NCBI RefSeq assembly: GCF_004010195.1
Contig: NC_057719.1
Span: forward strand, 28,443,153-28,507,152
DNA: 64,000 nt
Direction: 5' to 3'
From: Chiloscyllium plagiosum
Lineage: Eukaryota
The notes beneath the pieces were generated by a model. The model was given only the letters and a program-made list of their open reading frames with translations, was not told where the DNA came from and made no database searches. Shown piece after piece: positions 62,425-64,000 of the stretch (its first letter is position 1; each line of letters begins with the position of its first letter). Both the position numbers and the translations under genes were made by a program.

Positions 62425-64000
62425 CACTTACTAACTATACCTCTTATGTTCACACCCATCACTCACATAAGTGATGAAAAGCAGTGGATCCAGCACCAAT
62501 CCTCGTGGCACACCACTGGTCACAGGCCTCCAGTCTGAAGAGTAACTGTCCACCACCACCACCCTCTACCTTCTACCTTTGAGCCAGTTCTGTATCCAAA
62601 TGGTTAGTTCTCCCTGTATTCTGTGTGACCTAACCTTGCTGACAAGTCTACCATGAGGAACCTTGCAGAACACCTTACTGAAGTCCATATAGATCACGTC
62701 CACCGCTCTGCCCTCATCAAGCCTCTTTGTTACTTCTTCAAAACACTCAATCAAGTTAGTAAGACATGATTTCCCACGTACAAAGCTATGTTGACTATAC
62801 CTAACCAATCCTTGCCTATCCAAAGACATGTAAATCCTGTCCCTCAGGATTCCCTTCAACAACTTGCCCACCACCGATATCAGTTCCCTTGCTTTTCCTT
62901 ACCACCTTTCTTGAATAGTGGCACCACGTTAGCCATTCTTCCAGCACCTCACCTGTGACTATCAATGATACAAATATCTCAGCAAGGGGGCCAGCAATCA
63001 CTTCCCTAATTTCCCACAGAGGAAGTGCACTTCAAGACATCCAACACCACCTCCTCTGTAATATGGACATTTTTCAAGACTTCAACATTTGTTTCCTCAC
63101 ATTCTGTATCTTCTATGTCCTTCTCCACAGTAAACACTGAGCAAAATACTCGTTTAGTTTCTCCCCCATCTCCTGCGGTTCCACACATAGGCTACCTTGC
63201 TGACCTTTAAGGGGCCCTGTTGTCTCCTTAGTTACTCTTTTGTCCTTAATGTATTTATAGAATCCCTTTGGATTCTCCTTAATCCTATTTGCCAAAGCTA
63301 TCAAATGTCCCCTTTTTGCCCTCCTGATTTCCCTCTTAAGTATACTCCTCCCTTAATACTCTGCTGAGGATTCATTTGATCTCTGCTGTATGTACCTGAC
63401 ATATGCTTCCTTCTTTTTCTAAACCAAAACCTCACTTTCTTTAGTCATCCAGCATTCCCTCCACCTACCAACTTTGCCCTTCACCCTAACAGGAACATAC
63501 TGTCTCTGGACTTTTGTTATCTCATTTTTGAAGGCTTCCCATTTTCTAGCCTGTGAACATCTGCCCCCAATCAGCTTTCGAAAGTTCTTGCCTAATACCA
63601 TCAATATTGGCCTTTGTCCAATTTAGAACTTCAACTTTTAGATCTGGTCTATCCTCTTCCATCACTATTTTAAATCTAATAGAATTATGGTCGCTGGCCC
63701 CAAAGTGCTCCCCCACTGACACCTCAGTCACCTGCCCTGCCTTATTTCCCCAAGCGTATGTCAAGTTTTGCACCTTCTCACATAGGTACATCCACATATT
63801 GAATCATAAAAATTTCTTGGACACTTAACAAATTCCTCCCCATTTAAACCCTTAACACTATAGCAGTCTCAGTCTCTGTTTGGAAGGATAAAATCCCCTA
63901 TCACTGCCACATTATTTTTCTTACAGATAACAGATCTCCTTCCAAATTTGTTTCCCAATTTCCTGCTGACTGTTGGGGGGGGGGGTCTATAGTACAATCC
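62425..64000 (-). mobile_element. CR1/HER1-type LINE ORF2, runs off the window end
   Basis: GEHFGASDHNSIRF, KENPKGFYKYIK, GKSCLTNLIECFEEVT, VDVIYMDFSK. Confidence 0.9.

Overview
Eukaryotic genomic DNA, very probably from a shark or other elasmobranch (HE1-type tRNA-derived SINEs sharing their 3' tail with CR1/HER1-type LINEs). Most of the window is decayed transposable elements: CR1/HER1 and older CR1/L2-like LINEs, Penelope-like elements (RT + GIY-YIG), a full-length degenerate L1 with nested inserts, a Gypsy LTR element, a Rex1/Babar-like LINE, Harbinger remnants, and two tRNA-Thr pseudogenes. Nearly all ORFs in the supplied track are TE fragments. Between the repeats I found seven minus-strand exons with canonical AG/GT sites (60595-60463, 54150-53924, 39402-39241, 35904-35793, 20386-20313, 8818-8758, 7769 onward). 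They splice into one reading frame of about 339 codons without any frameshift. That frame contains no TAA or TAG but six internal TGA codons, a seventh TGA at 7524-7522, and the first non-TGA stop only at 7419-7417. I cannot assign the protein to a family. The main candidates are UGA recoding (for example a multi-selenocysteine protein) or an unusual unitary pseudogene; the sequence alone cannot decide. The 5' part of the gene lies upstream of 60595 and was not identified. TE boundaries are approximate unless a target-site duplication (TSD) is quoted.
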